Assembly: GCF_018977255.1 (NCBI RefSeq)
Contig: NW_024704742.1
Span: 96,040,001-96,104,000 of the forward strand
Length of the DNA: 64,000 bases
DNA from: Callorhinchus milii
Taxonomy: Eukaryota
Direction of reading: 5' to 3'
The number at the start of each line of letters is the position of its first letter. Position 1 is the stretch's first letter. The notes below the pieces were generated by a model. It ran no database searches. It was not told where the DNA came from and saw nothing but the letters and a program-made list of their open reading frames with translations. Both the position numbers and the translations under genes were made by a program. Positions 1-12,849 of this stretch are shown here, piece after piece.

Positions 1-1377
1 ATAACATTTGAAATTTGGAGTGAGCCACGGGACCTGTGAGCTGATGCATGCCTCATTGAGTCACTGATCTTATCGCAGTCTCTGTTAATAAAAAATGTGC
101 AAGACACTTAGGACAACAACCCTAGGATCCCTTTAACAGCCCTGACTTGTCCATGCAAGAAAGATAAAGGTGCAAAGCTCCTTTGTTATTCTTCAAGATT
201 TAACATATCACTAAACTAGTGTTGAGAAAGAAATTGGAAAACTAATGACTTTCACACCAAATAGTCAATGTGTATATATAATATAACTGCCACAGTTGTT
301 GTTATAACATGCTGCAATTTTAACCTCAATAATTAATTGCACCATATTTCTCAAATCCTCTGCATTGCATCAGGAGAGGTGTGAGTTAAACATCAAGTCA
401 ATGGGATATTCACAAATGCTTATGTAAAGTGGTGGCTGATAATGATCATTTTTGCATTTGATATAACTCCTTTTATGTCACAAAGACATCAAGATTTACA
501 GTGACGTGTAGTAATCGTGTATTTTGTAGGCAAGCACCACATTTATGACCTGAGACGGCCTTGCAGCTGGAGTAATTTATACAGTATTATTTGTATAAGT
601 AAGACTTTTCCTTACAAACATTACAATACACAATACAGTTTACATTTATATGGTGCCTTTCATATTGGGAGCACATTCCAAAGCACAATGCTTTGGGGGA
701 AAAAAAAGGCTTATGCAGATTTTTTCATTCAGTCAAAATGAACTCCACGCTTGTTACTTTACAAGGTTTAATTCAATCTGAATTAAAGAACTCAGTTTAA
801 AATCAACCTTGGAGTGTCTGTAGTCTTCAGGTGACTGACTGTGTGCCTGTGTCCTCACATTTGCTTTTGACACTATTTTAAGGATGAAGTGCTGGTTTAA
901 GGCAGGCTTATTTGTTTGTACTGTCTCGTCGCACTGTGGGAAATGTTTGTCCAATGCATGAATGTTCTTTACTTTAAGTACATAGAAGACCTGCTAGTTC
1001 CACTCCAGCGCATCACACTCATGACTTCAGCCCACGCTCTCAGTTCAGACTGAAGTTATGGAGTGTTTTAGGTTTCGAAGATCAGAAACAATTCTTTGCT
1101 TGAGTCTGACTGGGGAATTATAGCCAATGTTGTCTTATTTTCCCTGATTCCACAGGTGATGAACTCCCAGCTTTGTGTTCCTCGCCTCTTCTGCGTATGA
1201 AGCTGAGTCCCGCAAGTGTACAGTTTTTCAGGTGCTAGGTGTGCCTTACCTGTCCTAACTCTTCATAGGTGAGCCTTGACAGTGATTGACAGCTAGATGT
1301 ACTAGATGATTTTAATTTTAGGACGTACATTAAGTGGCTTTGGAAGAGAACCTCCTAACACTATACCAAGGAGTTAG

Positions 1378-1620
1378 ATAACAACAACTTATTGCATTTA
1401 TATAGCTTAACAGCTGTGTGGATTGACACAGAGCTGGAAAGGGGGTTGGGGTGAGAGAAGGTGACTGAAGGCATCATCAAAGAGGAAAGTTTTCAGGTAT
1501 GATTTGAAGCCAGATAAAGAGGGGGCAAGATGGAGGGATTAAGGCAAAGAATCGCAGAGATTCAGAGCATGTTGGCTAAAAGCACGGCTGCCAATTGTGA
1601 AGTAGTGGGGACTGGAGAAA
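1378..1620 (-). mobile_element. Old L2 3' fragment
   Basis: aacaacaac...gcatttatatagc tail followed by G-rich antisense of the L2 3' end. Similar relics lie at about 6115-6330, 6635-6900 and 24805-24960. Confidence 0.6.
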
Positions 1621-1943
1621 GTGATATAAGGTCTCCACTTGAATGAACCAGATCTTAAAGACACTTGCCATTCCCCGGGGGTGGGGGAGGTTGATAAAAG
1701 TCAATGATATTTAAGAGGAGTGCTGCAGTAAGAACAACTTGGAGCACATTTTGAAATTTTTTTCTCCATTCAATGCAGTTGGATATTAGTTTCAATGGTA
1801 ATAGAACAGGTTGCATCAATTCCAGGATGTAGAATGTGCATTTAAACAATGTAGGGAAATAGTGTGAAACTATTTAGATGAGAGAGCATTATGATTACTA
1901 ATAATATTAATAATTATAAAATATATTATATATATTTATATAT

Positions 1944-2240
1944 TGGATGAGACGTTAAACTAAGGTCTTGTCTGCCTGTTTGGGTGGATGTTAAAAATCC
2001 CATGGCAATATTTGAAAAGAGAAGGGAGTTTCTCCTGATGTCCTGGCTTACAATCCCCAAATTAAAATTGGTCACTGATACCTTAGCTCTGTTTGTGGGA
2101 CATTGTTGTGTGCAAACTGGCTACCATGTTTAACCTACAAAATATACAGTTAATCCACTTTACAGTATATCATGTGAAGCACTTTGAAACATCTCAATGT
2201 GACAAGGCACTATATCATATGCAAGGATTATAATAATTAT
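1944..2240 (+). mobile_element. Headless Deu-core SINE
   Basis: ggatgagacgttaaac...ggtggatgttaaaaatcccatggca core and (TTA) tail. Further copies lie at about 4378-4700, 25532-25875, 30520-30705, 41430-41660, 42890-43220, 57903-58410 and 58450-58770. Confidence 0.78.
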
Positions 2241-2711
2241 AATAATAATAATCCTTGCATTTGATATAATGCCTTATCGCATTGTCAAAACATCTAAAAG
2301 CACTTCTCAGGATTTACTGTGAAGTGTAGTGACTGTGTATTTGTAGGCGTAATAATCACTGTTATGTTTCAATCTCTTCTGCTCCAACACAATTCGTCCT
2401 CACTAATAGCTGGCCTTTTATAACCGCACAACTAAACATCAGCAGATAAAGAATGAGAAAGTGAATGCAAAACCTTGGTGCACAACAGGCAGCTAATTGG
2501 CATAACTGGCTGAGACTCTCTGTGGCATGTTGGAACAAATCTGAATGTTGGGGGTGTTGAATAATGTCCTGACTACCTATCATTATTATTATTATTATTA
2601 CTGGTAGATAAGTTGGAACCACATTTTTAATTAATTATAGACTTCTCAAACAGGGTGTGTTAACAATAAAAACAATCGGAGAATATATTGATATTGAGAA
2701 CCTCAATATAG

Positions 2712-3370
2712 TTGCCAGATTCCGCCACTGCCTCACCCCTCAAGCTGCCGAAACCCTTACCCACGCATTCGTCACATCAAGGCTCGATTATGGAAATTCC
2801 GTCTTCATCGGCCTTCCCAACGCTTCCCTTCACAAGCTGCAGATCATTCCAAACTTTCCAGCTCATGTCCTCTCCCACATCAGTCTCCGTGACACCATCA
2901 CTCCCACCCTCGCCTGAGTCTACTGGCTCCCCATCCCTCAGAGGATCGAATTCAAGATCTTTGTCCTCACTTTCAAGGCCATCAATGGCCTCGCCCCCTC
3001 CAACCTCTCTGACTTGCTGACTCCCTACCAACCTGTCCGCTCCCTCCGTTCATTGGGCTCCGGCCTGCTCCATGTATCCCGCTCGACCTGCCCTACCATC
3101 AGTGGCCGAGCTTTCAGCCTCTCTGCCCCCACACTCTGGAACTCCATCCCACAGTCCCTTCGCTTCCTCCTTTGCCTCCTTCAAGGCCGGTCTCAAGACC
3201 CTCCTCTTCGATCGTGCCTTTGGTTGCCCTCCCACCTCTCTGCCTTCCCTCACTCCAATCCCACCCCTCCCCCATGCTCGGGTCCTGACCCCTGACTGTC
3301 CAGTGCCTTGGGATGTCCTCTCGACGTAAAAGGCACTCTATAAATGTAATTTTGTTGTTTGTTGTTGTTG
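2712..3370 (+). mobile_element. L2 LINE 3' fragment
   Basis: Encodes [18 protein letters not shown]; ends in stem-loop plus (TTG)n; TAGTT duplicated at 2709-2713 and 3371-3375. Confidence 0.92.
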
Positions 3371-4906
3371 TAGTTTAAATGGCAAAGAGAAGGTGTGAGA
3401 AAATTACCATGGTCTACATTTTAAAATGTAACCCATAAAATTGTATGAGTCCTTTTCTGAGAAGTGTAACATTTTACTTTTTCATGTCACTGTCTGATAG
3501 TTATGACTTGACACAAGGGAACCTTCGTCTCAGGTAAAAACACTCACCTGTCACTGAAGATTGCTTTAAAATCTCATTGGAAGGAATTCCAAGTTTGATA
3601 GGTAGTAAACTAGTTCTGGGTCACTTTGGGGTGCTTTCAGCAGGAAAGACTCAAAATAACATATATCATTCTCGTGCTTCTTATATGTAGTTTTACTCAA
3701 CACCTTCTCACCCACTGAATTACTGGCTTTGAAACCAAACTGGTGCAGAAAAAACAAGAAATGGTTGATTGCACCAGACTGGATCAGTTTTGCCCCTCCA
3801 ATGTTCTGAAGCTATTAACTTGTGATGGGAAAATAATCTGTGGGCACTGATTCTGATCCTGTTCTCATCTGGAGTGAGTCTGATTGTGTTTTCATTTGAC
3901 ATCCACATACACCTCCCAGCACAGATACCCTTTTATATTTTAGAATATGAAAGGGAAAACAGAAAGAGCAGGTAATTGGTATTAGAGCGCTTAGTCCACG
4001 ATGAAGAACTCGCACCAGTTTAGCCTGATTGGCCCACATTCCCCCTTCCAATACTATAATTTCCATGATTCTATGACTCTGTGCAGCAGTGTGGATATCT
4101 CTCTCCATCATCCTATCTTACTCTATGTTTTTGTGTGATGAGGTTTTGTACTTTAGCTCTGTTAAGTTTCTATTTTTATTTCTATCATTACAGCTTGTGT
4201 ACCTGGACAAATCGTGGTAAAATCACTCGCCACATATACATGCAGACAGAAACTTGGGGAAAAAAGGGGATGGATAGATAGATAGCCCTACACCCAGATA
4301 TCGATTTTTAGCCTCATTTACCCAAATAAGGGCTTAAAAGCCAGCCTAGACTATCCCTAGGATAGTCCCCTAGAAATGTATTGACATTCCAATACAGTGC
4401 TGGGGGAGTGCTGCATTGTCAGAGTTGGAGTCCTTCAGATGAGGCGTTAAATCAAGATCCTATCAATGCTTTTTCAGATGGAAGTTAAAGAATCCATGGT
4501 ACTATTCGAAAAGAGAAGGAAGTTTCTCCTGGTCACCTCGTCAACCATCCCCTAGATAAATATTGTCATTCACTTTACAACTGTTTGTGGGACATTGAGT
4601 TTCCAAATTGGCTGCCGTGTTCACTTATAAATACTTTGAGATATAAGAACTTTGAGATATCCTCACACGAAAGCTATATGAAATTCAAGCATAATTATTT
4701 ATTCTATTTTTTTATAACCATTCCTGCAAACACTCTGTAAAAATAGAAGTAAAAAGTAAAAAAAACCATATGTGGGTTGCTAAAGGTCTGAATGCACAAG
4801 CAAATGACACCTTACCCCCCCAACCTCATTTTCTGGTTGAGATTCAAATTGGTGTCTAAGGTAGCTCACGCCAGCAAGCAATGATCATCCTGATGATGAT
4901 GATCAT

Positions 4907-5240
4907 TGTGGAGTCCTGTAGCTCAGTGGTTAGAGCACTCGCTTTGCAAGTGAGAGACCTGAGTTCAATTCCAGGCAGGGCGAAACCTTGGGCAAGTTTC
5001 CTTACTCCACACGCCTAATAATAATCCCTCCAAAACCAAAAACAATAATAAAATTGGTCACTTCAATCCACGACTGTTTGTGGGACATTGCTATGCGCAA
5101 TTGGCTGCCGCGTTCGCCCACAAATATACAGTCAATTCACTTTACAGTGTGTTCTGTGAAGCGCTTTGGGACATCCTCCCGACGTGAAAAGCGCTATATC
5201 AAGTGCAAGGATTATTATTATTATTATTATTAATATTATT
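4907..5240 (+). mobile_element. Full-length short SINE (family A): tRNA-Ala(TGC)-like head, 3' stem-loop, (TTA)n tail
   Basis: A box TAGCTCAGTGG (4919), anticodon arm CTCGC-TTTGCAA-GTGAG, B box GTTCAATTCC (4963); near-identical copies at 18762, 46415 and 47886. Confidence 0.93.
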
Positions 5241-6969
5241 ATCCCTTGTCTAGCTCATCAGAAGTAATCATTGCAATTTCGAAAACAATTTGGTAAAAAT
5301 AAATGTTTTTTTTAAAAATTAGCATCAATTTAAAATTTTGCTGTTGCAGTCGGGGGGAAAATGAAGCTTAAGCTTTTTGCTACTGGGATCTGTAATATGA
5401 AAGTTGCTTCTGCTACATGTAAATTATCTTACTTTACACCTGGAGCAACTTGCACTGTTTCCTTCTGAAAGTGTGTGATATGAATATTCCCTTCATGCCA
5501 AGAGGCAGATAATCAGCCAGTGGCATTTCATAAGCTGCATTATTTCAGGACCTTCACAGGAAATATTTAAAGCACAGGAGTGTTATTTGTTACAACACTG
5601 ATAAAGGATATTTAGCTGATGCCATTTTCTATAAGCCTTTTATGCATGGGAGTTAAATGCTTTTGTTTTTTTTCATTAAGACACCGTATCATAGCTGATC
5701 CTCTGCTGGGCATTACCTCAAATAAATCACATAAAATACTTATGATTTTCCACACATCTGTTATTGGTTTTGCTCCATACATCATATCGCCACAGGTTCA
5801 GAGGGTTGTAACTCTTTCCTGATCCATAGCCTCTTAAAGCACTCAATTATATGGCGAGCAAAAAACAATCCTTATTTGCAAATAATTGGGGTGAAAATGG
5901 GGCATGTGATATAACAAATTATCATTGCCACATCCCATTCTGCATTTTTCACTCAAATGTTTTTAAAATTTTCTGATTTGCAGAACTATTGAGTATTTCT
6001 GCATTTAAAAGTAACCACCAAACCAAACATTTAATTTGTCCAGTGCATATACTGTATTAAATAGTCATGGGTTTATGGATATACACTTTGCAAGATGTTA
6101 GCTCATGATTCCAATTGAATAACAACAACTGCATTTGTATAGTTCTTTTCACATCGGATGAATTTCTCAAAGTTGTTCGCACAATGATGGGGATAAAGGC
6201 CAATTTGAAGTGTTGACCAAATACATGATCAAAGAGATACAGTTTAAGAGGGTTTTAAAGGTAAGGAGAGAAGGCACAACGATTTGGAGAGAGATTTTCA
6301 GAGAAACGGGGGCATTGAGGCTGAAGGTTCAACAACTCTGAGGGGATAGAGCATCGAAGAACAAAGATCAAGAGTTGGAAATTGGTTTCCACTAATTCAC
6401 AGTCACAGCTTTCTTTGCACTTCTCATATGAACAGAGTGGTTTTATTCTCAAAGGTTAGCTCTTGCTATTGAACCAAGACTTGTTCCATCTGGTCATAAA
6501 ATCATATATCAGAGTACTTTATTCGTGCATGTGGATGTTTAAGTAGGCTCCTCTAATTGATATAGTGCAAGTAGTGTTTTAAATATAAAACGACAACTTC
6601 AACATGCATTTACAGAGCACTCTGTATGTAGGATAACAACAACAACTACTTGCATTTGTATAGTGCCCTTCACCCGGGGCAGCATTTCAGAGCGCTTAAC
6701 GTATCAGAGCGCTTCATAGTGACAGAGTTGAAGGCTGAGCTAGAAGGAGGAGGGGTGGGGTAGTTGACCATAGATGCAGTCAATAGGATTTACAGTGGGA
6801 TTTGAAGATAGATAAAAAGGGGTTGAAGAGGAGAGATACAGGCAGAGAGTTACAAAGTTTGGTGGGGTAATGACTGAAGGCTTGGCCACCGGGCAAAGTG
6901 AAGCACCCTGTGGCATCCTCCTAATGTGAAAGGTGCTGTATAAATGTACATTATATTATTTGTAATGTA

Positions 6970-7355
6970 AAGTCTCAAATAGGTTCATGGATTATTGTCA
7001 AATATAGTGACTGTTTTGATAATCAAATGTAGCAGCCAACTTCCACATAGTAATGTATCTTGAAGAGAATGACACATTTTCTGGATAGTTGTTGACCAGA
7101 ATACCTTGGGAAACACCCTTCTCTTTTCAAATACTGCCACAGGATCTTTAAGGCCCACCTGTTGAATAGGCAGACAGATCTTTGATTCAACCTCATATGA
7201 AAGACAGCATCTTTGACAGTGTAGCACAACCCCCACTCTCGGACTGCACTGTGTCAGCCTGTGCTGGCGTGAACTAAAAGTTCTGATGTTAAACTTGAAC
7301 CTACAACCTTCTGATCCCCTACTCAAGAGTCTTACTATTTGAGCCAAGCTGACAC
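6970..7355 (-). mobile_element. Deu-core SINE
   Basis: Head and core match the 12850 and 28238 copies. Confidence 0.75.
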
Positions 7356-8291
7356 ATAGCTTTGCTTTGACTGTGTGTGTTGGTTTAGGTACCTATGACA
7401 GTAAGGCTCAGCAAAACTCTGATCCAATTCCTTTGACAATGTCATCATTACTTAGTGTTTAAACAAATATATTCAGATCTATCATGTGTCGCTTATTTGC
7501 AGAGACAGTCAATGTGGATTTCTAATGCAGGAAATCTAGCTCTTATTCTGCGCCTCACTATAAAGCAAATACGGCATGCATTGCAGCTGAGTATTGCTTT
7601 CAGTGAGTTTGGAAGGTGGGTCACATTTTTAACTTCAAAAATTATCTAATTGTTTCCAATAATCTGAACATTCGTGAGATAAAAAGTAAATTTGCAACTC
7701 CTGGAAATCCAAAATAATAGCAGAAAATACTGGACTTCTACAGTATCTGAAACTGACAAAGTGGTTAATATTCAGATGTGACTCTTCATTAGGACTGGGT
7801 TCAGATGCTGAGTGACCATCTGTACATTTCTAGCATTTTTTTAAACAGTTTAAAATGTCTAATATTAATAAAGTTTAGTTATATTTCTAATTTTCTCTGC
7901 ACTAGTGTATGCCTCTCTGCTCCTGGTCTGGTTGTATCTTGCTGGGCAGTGGGACCACCTGTACTGCAGCCCACTGTGGTATCCCGTCTAAGTGGTCATT
8001 GTTCATATGAGTCTTAGCAGTGAGTGTTGGTAACCACTCAGCTGTTTAGGGTGTCACAGCAGAACCCGACCTCTCCTTACTTTACTACCACACACGTACA
8101 TAGCGAGTATCACATACTATAGAAGGACCAGGAACAGGAATTGAGATTGTTTTTTCCCTTCCTTAACCATGGGACAAATATGGCCAATTTAGCCTTCTGT
8201 TTGAGTATCCTGTAACCCAAGCTGAGGCCAGCAAACTCAGCATAGCCGAGGAGTCGAACCATCAAGCTCCTGATCCTGGAATAAAGTGTAG

Positions 8292-8386
8292 CCCCCCAGC
8301 TCAGGTCTGAAACACTGACTGTTCAGCACCTGGGTCATCCTCCCAATGTGAAAGGCGCTATACAAATGTAATTTTGTTGTTGTTGT
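8292..8386 (+). mobile_element. Short L2 3'-tail insertion
   Basis: Stem-loop ...gtgaaaggcgctatacaaatgtaatt(ttg)n; TGTAG duplicated at 8287-8291 and 8387-8391. Confidence 0.85.
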
Positions 8387-9084
8387 TGTAGACGCTGTAT
8401 ATTTTGTAGATAAAATCACAGATCAGACAGGGACGACAGGGAAATTTCAGCATTTCGACTAAAGGCAAGGTCAAAAAAATAAGTTATCAGGAAGGTTCCG
8501 AAAGCAGGGCATAGAGCAGGCATAAGGAAACAGAGAATCTGAAATAGAGTTTCTGTTTTTATTTGTAATGTTTATACTTGCTAAGGTCATCTCAGCATAA
8601 AAGAGAATCCAGGTGGATATTAAATATAATGATAATTATTTGTACATGTTTTAATTTTTATAAAGAGTTACTAGTGGATGACATTCTCCCTTTAACACAA
8701 TTACTATGAAATGACCTTGACTGCTATCTCTAAACTGAGGGCTACGCATGTGTCAAGCACTGGCTTGGTTCATTACTACCCTGAGCCCAACGTTTAAATT
8801 CGAGCAAATTACAGCAGTTTGTGGGATTCACCAAAATAATTGACTTGAATGTAATTTAATTCAATTAACATCACAACTCTTGTAATATGTGCTACGCTTA
8901 TAATTGGACATTTTGAGAGGCAGTTACTCGATGTCATCGCTGACGTTTACCTTCACTGAGCTCAACCATGTAATCTAGCAACCGGCACGACAATATTGGA
9001 ATTTTAAAAAGTTAGCTTAGCGGGTGGTATTTGTATTATAGTATTACTGACTGTTGCAGTTTGGGAAAGTCATATCAAAAGTTA

Positions 9085-9490
9085 ATAATACTAATTCTTA
9101 CATGTTGCATAATGTCTTTTATGCCTTCAGCACTTCATAGGATTTACTGTAAAGTATTGTGTCTGTATGTTTTATGGGCAAAAGTGGCAGAAAATTTGCC
9201 CACAGCAATGTCCCACAATCAACCAAAAATTGAGTGACCAATTTTATTTGGGGGGATTGTTGGCTATGACACTGGAAGAAACTCCCTTCTTATTTCGAAT
9301 AATGCCCCAGGAGCTTTAACATCCACCTAAACAGGCAAATGGGGGCCCAAGGTTAATGTCTCATCTAAAGGGCAATACAGCACATCTCAACACTCTTTCA
9401 TCTTAGACTCCATGAGTTCCAAGACTTGACATAGGACTTGAACCTAAAACTTCTGAATCAGAGGTGAGAGTGCTACCAATTGAGCCGGGT
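9085..9490 (-). mobile_element. Deu-core SINE
   Basis: Head gagtgctaccaattgagcc and core tttaacatccacctaaacaggc. Confidence 0.75.
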
Positions 9491-9640
9491 TAATTCTAGT
9501 GTTGCATACTCTGGAAGTGCTGTATTGTTGGAGGTGCCATCTTTCAGATGAAGTGTAAAACTTGTCTGCATGTTTTTCAAGTGAAGGATAAAGATCCCAT
9601 GACCCATTAGTTTTGTAAAAAGAGAAAGAAATCTGGCTGC

Positions 9641-9673
<33 letters not shown>

Positions 9674-9850
9674 CCTTGCATTTGATATAGCGCTTTAGTG
9701 CTTCACAGAACACACTGTAATGTGAATTGACTATATTTGTGGCCTAACGCGGCAGCCAATTGCGCACAGCAATGTCCCACAAGCAGTCGCAGATTGAAAA
9801 TGACCAATTTATTATTGTTTTTGGTTTTGGAGGGATTATTATTAGACGTG
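9641..9850 (-). mobile_element. 5'-truncated family A SINE with deleted inner hairpin, inside a Deu-SINE fragment (about 9500-9946, +)
   Basis: (TAA)n at 9643-9672 and body match. Other truncated SINE 3' ends lie at about 2240-2350, 22187-22360, 27103-27275, 30810-30976, 31115-31215, 36291-36470, 49530-49665, 50215-50345 and 50850-50950. Confidence 0.85.
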
Positions 9851-10812
9851 TACCTACAAATACAGTCTCTATATTCGACAGCAACTAAAAGTGGATTGAG
9901 GCATTTCGACAAATTAGGCACAATAACAATGCAAGTTCTTATTATTTTGAGAAATTTAAAGTTGTTCTCATTTATCTAAGCGCAGTTGCTTTCTGCAACT
10001 CAGGAGCTAAGCGTGGTGGGTAGTCTGGTCAAAAACAATACTGCAGAATGTTGTCAGAACAGGAGTTCTGTCAATCTTTAGCCAAACTTACAGTCCTCTG
10101 GGTTAGCTATGAAAGTGATTCTGCCACCCTTTCAATAATACATGCTACAGGATAATCACCTCCTTGACTGGAAAGAACTGCGTCTGCAGCATTTCCTACC
10201 GCTCTTAACAGTGAAAGCTTCATCATCTGGAAATTTCCCCGTGGCTAAGCAGACGAGCAGAGTGCTTGAATTTGTCAGAATCATGCAGGTGGCATGCTAG
10301 TATTCACTACCAAAAAAGTCCTGGCTCACAAATGACAAAACCCATTAGTTGCAGGATTGCCCAGTGGAGCCAGGGATTCTGCTGGACATTAACCTGTAAT
10401 TAGCCACCTTGGGTAGGTCTAACACGGTATCCTTCCACTTTCCATACCCTATCCTATACTATTAACGGGCACGAGGCAAGGGGTACAAGAAAGGGGAATA
10501 GGAGACATGGAGGCTTGTGTAAGCATGGATGAGTTGGGCTGAATGGCTGTCTCACTCTATGTAACTCTATTTTATTTTATTTTACTATATTTTATGAAAT
10601 AAAAATATTTGGGCACAAAATCATCAAGCGCTTTTCAAATCTGAAAGCTGCTGTCGAATTGGCACTATTCAAAAAGGGAAAGAAGTTTCTCCCGGTGTCC
10701 TGACCAACAATCTCACAGATAAAATTGGTTACTTACTTCATGGCTGTTTATGGGATATTGCTGTGAACAAATTGGCTGCCACATTTGGCTACAACATACA
10801 ATTGCTACACTT

Positions 10813-11252
10813 ACTCTCGCCCGACTCCACTGGCTATCCTTCAGAGGATCCAGTTCAAGATCCTGGTCCTCACATACAAAGCCCTCCATGGCCTCGCCCC
10901 ACCCTACCTCTGCGACCTCCTAACCCCCTACCAACCCGCCTGCTCCCTCCGCTCAGCCGGCTCTGGCCTGCTCCACTTCACCCGCCCCACAATTGGCGGG
11001 AAAGCCTTCAGCCACTCTGCCCCCAACCTCTGGAACTACATCCCCCAGTCACTCCACCTCGCCGCCTCCTTAGCCTCCATCAAGTCCCGCCTCAAGACCC
11101 TCCTCTTCGACCATGCCATCGGCCACCTCCCTTCTCCTCCTTTCCCTTCCTCCCCCCAACCCCAGCTCAGGTCTGAAATACTGTACTCTGTCCAGCGCCT
11201 TGGGACGTCCTCCCGACATGAAAGGGGCTATACAAATGTAATCTTGTTGTTG
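10813..11252 (+). mobile_element. L2 LINE 3' fragment inserted in a Deu-SINE
   Basis: RIQFKILVLTYKALHGLAPPYL in ORF 10785-11396; stem-loop plus TTG tail; SINE sequence on both sides. Confidence 0.9.
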
Positions 11253-11288
11253 CTATTAATAGTATATCCTGTGAAATGCTTTGAGACA

Positions 11289-11793
11289 ACAACAACAACT
11301 TGGATTTATATAGCGCCCTCCATACCAGACGGCGTCTCAGAGCGCTTCACAGTAACGGATCCCGGGGCCGAGCCAGGGGGAGGGGGGGGAAGGTGACCAA
11401 AGGTGCGGTCGAAAAGAAAGATCTTCAACAGAGACCTGAAAATGGGAAGGAAGGGAGTGAGACAAAGTGAGTGAGGAAGGCAGTTTCAGAGCTTCGGGGC
11501 ATAGTGGCTGACGGCACGGCCGCCGAGGGTGGAGCAGAGGACTTGGGGGACGAGGAGCAGGCCAGACCCGGAGGAACAAAGGCAATGGTTACTGTTTTGA
11601 GGCGAGAGGAGGGCAAAGAGGTAGGGGTGTGCAGAGGAGTGCAGGGATTTGAGTACAAGGGTGAGGATCTTGAAATCGATCCTCTCTGGGATAGGCAGCC
11701 AGTGCAGTCTGGCAAGGACTGGGGTGATCGGGGAGCGGAGTTTCACGGCAGAGTTTTGAATGATTTGGATTTTATGGATGGTAGTGGATGGGA
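11289..11793 (-). mobile_element. L2 LINE 3' fragment (divergent subfamily) inserted into the stem-loop of the same Deu-SINE
   Basis: KIQIIQNSA...LHWLPIPERIDFKIL in ORF 11486-11800; (CAA)n at 11289-11299; TSD GAGACA at 11283-11288 and 11794-11799. Confidence 0.9.
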
Positions 11794-12849
11794 GAGACAT
11801 CCTCCTGACATAAAATGTTCTATATCAAATCCAAGAATTATCATAGGATTGTTATTAGCAGCACCCAGTCTGAGATCAGCTAATATTCTAATGATTCAAC
11901 CAAGGACTTTCATAGCCTCCATGCCTCAACTTCACACTGTGCAGTGGTGCGATTAAATAAGCAGCTTCTGATTTTCCAATTAATGTTCTTTTGCAACATT
12001 TATAAAACTAGGAGACCAATAATATAAACAGGAACATATTGAGGAGCTGTTCAATGTCACATTTATTCAATGAATAGACCAAATGTCACAGCATATTTAT
12101 GACTGGGTGACTTATGTATTATTCAGTGAGGTCCACTCTTTGGATGAATACTGTATCCAACAGGTCTCTCACAGGCTCTCGAGACACATATTATTTAAGA
12201 CGTCTTGATTTAAGAGCACTCTAATGTAGTAGCCCTATATTTTTCCGGCAGCAATTTCCCTATGCACTTTTTCTTATTAATGCCGGAAATGAATGCGATA
12301 GAACAGAATATCATTTCAGTCCCATGCAAATGTGCAGGAAAATTGTTATTATCAAGATAAGCTGTCTCATTAAAGTTTCCATTTGGTCAACGTTAAATAT
12401 CTAGACATCAAAAACGGGCGATTGAAGAGGGAAATACTATTAACAGCATTGGACGCAAAGGCATTATACTGTATACTCATGAGAACGTGCCACTGATGCT
12501 CTTTGTACCCTAATTATATATCAGCAAGCCCAACTTTAAACTTGTTAATAGTCTAAAAGGGACAGCATACTTCTTCCAGCAAAAGTGTCATGCAAAAGAT
12601 TACATTTTCAGTGCAAGCATCCATCTTCTTATATTATTCCATTGTAAAATAAAGCTTATACTCAAATTAGCTGTCCAGTATCCTTGTTTTGTGTTCAGCG
12701 ATGCAGATTGTAAACCAGTAATGGGAGAGAAGCTGAACATCAATAATATTTCTGCCTGTGATACATCAGGAATGTTTTGTATTGGTTATTCTGATAATGT
12801 GCATCATGTGATTGTGTTGTCTTTGCTTGGTTTCATTTAGAGACAAAAG

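Larger units (their letters stand above)
10658..11845 (+). mobile_element. Deu-type SINE 3' half, interrupted by two L2 insertions
   Basis: Pieces 10658-10812, 11253-11288 and 11794-11845 join into a continuous SINE body, stem-loop and tail. Confidence 0.8.

Noticed and set aside
1156..1231. Plus-strand exon-like segment after ...ttccacag
   Set aside because: Overlaps an antisense family B SINE tail and the donor is weak.
4910..4983. tRNA-Ala(TGC)-like cloverleaf (also at 19000-19075, 46416-46490, 47889-47965)
   Set aside because: Poor acceptor and T stems, no Pol III terminator after it, and it continues into a multi-copy body with a (TTA)n tail. These are SINE heads, not tRNA genes.
4988..5233. 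Recurrent small ORFs ending ...KRYIKCKDYYYY (also 26377, 46494, 48042, 9444)
   Set aside because: Incidental translations of the SINE body and tail, not a gene family.
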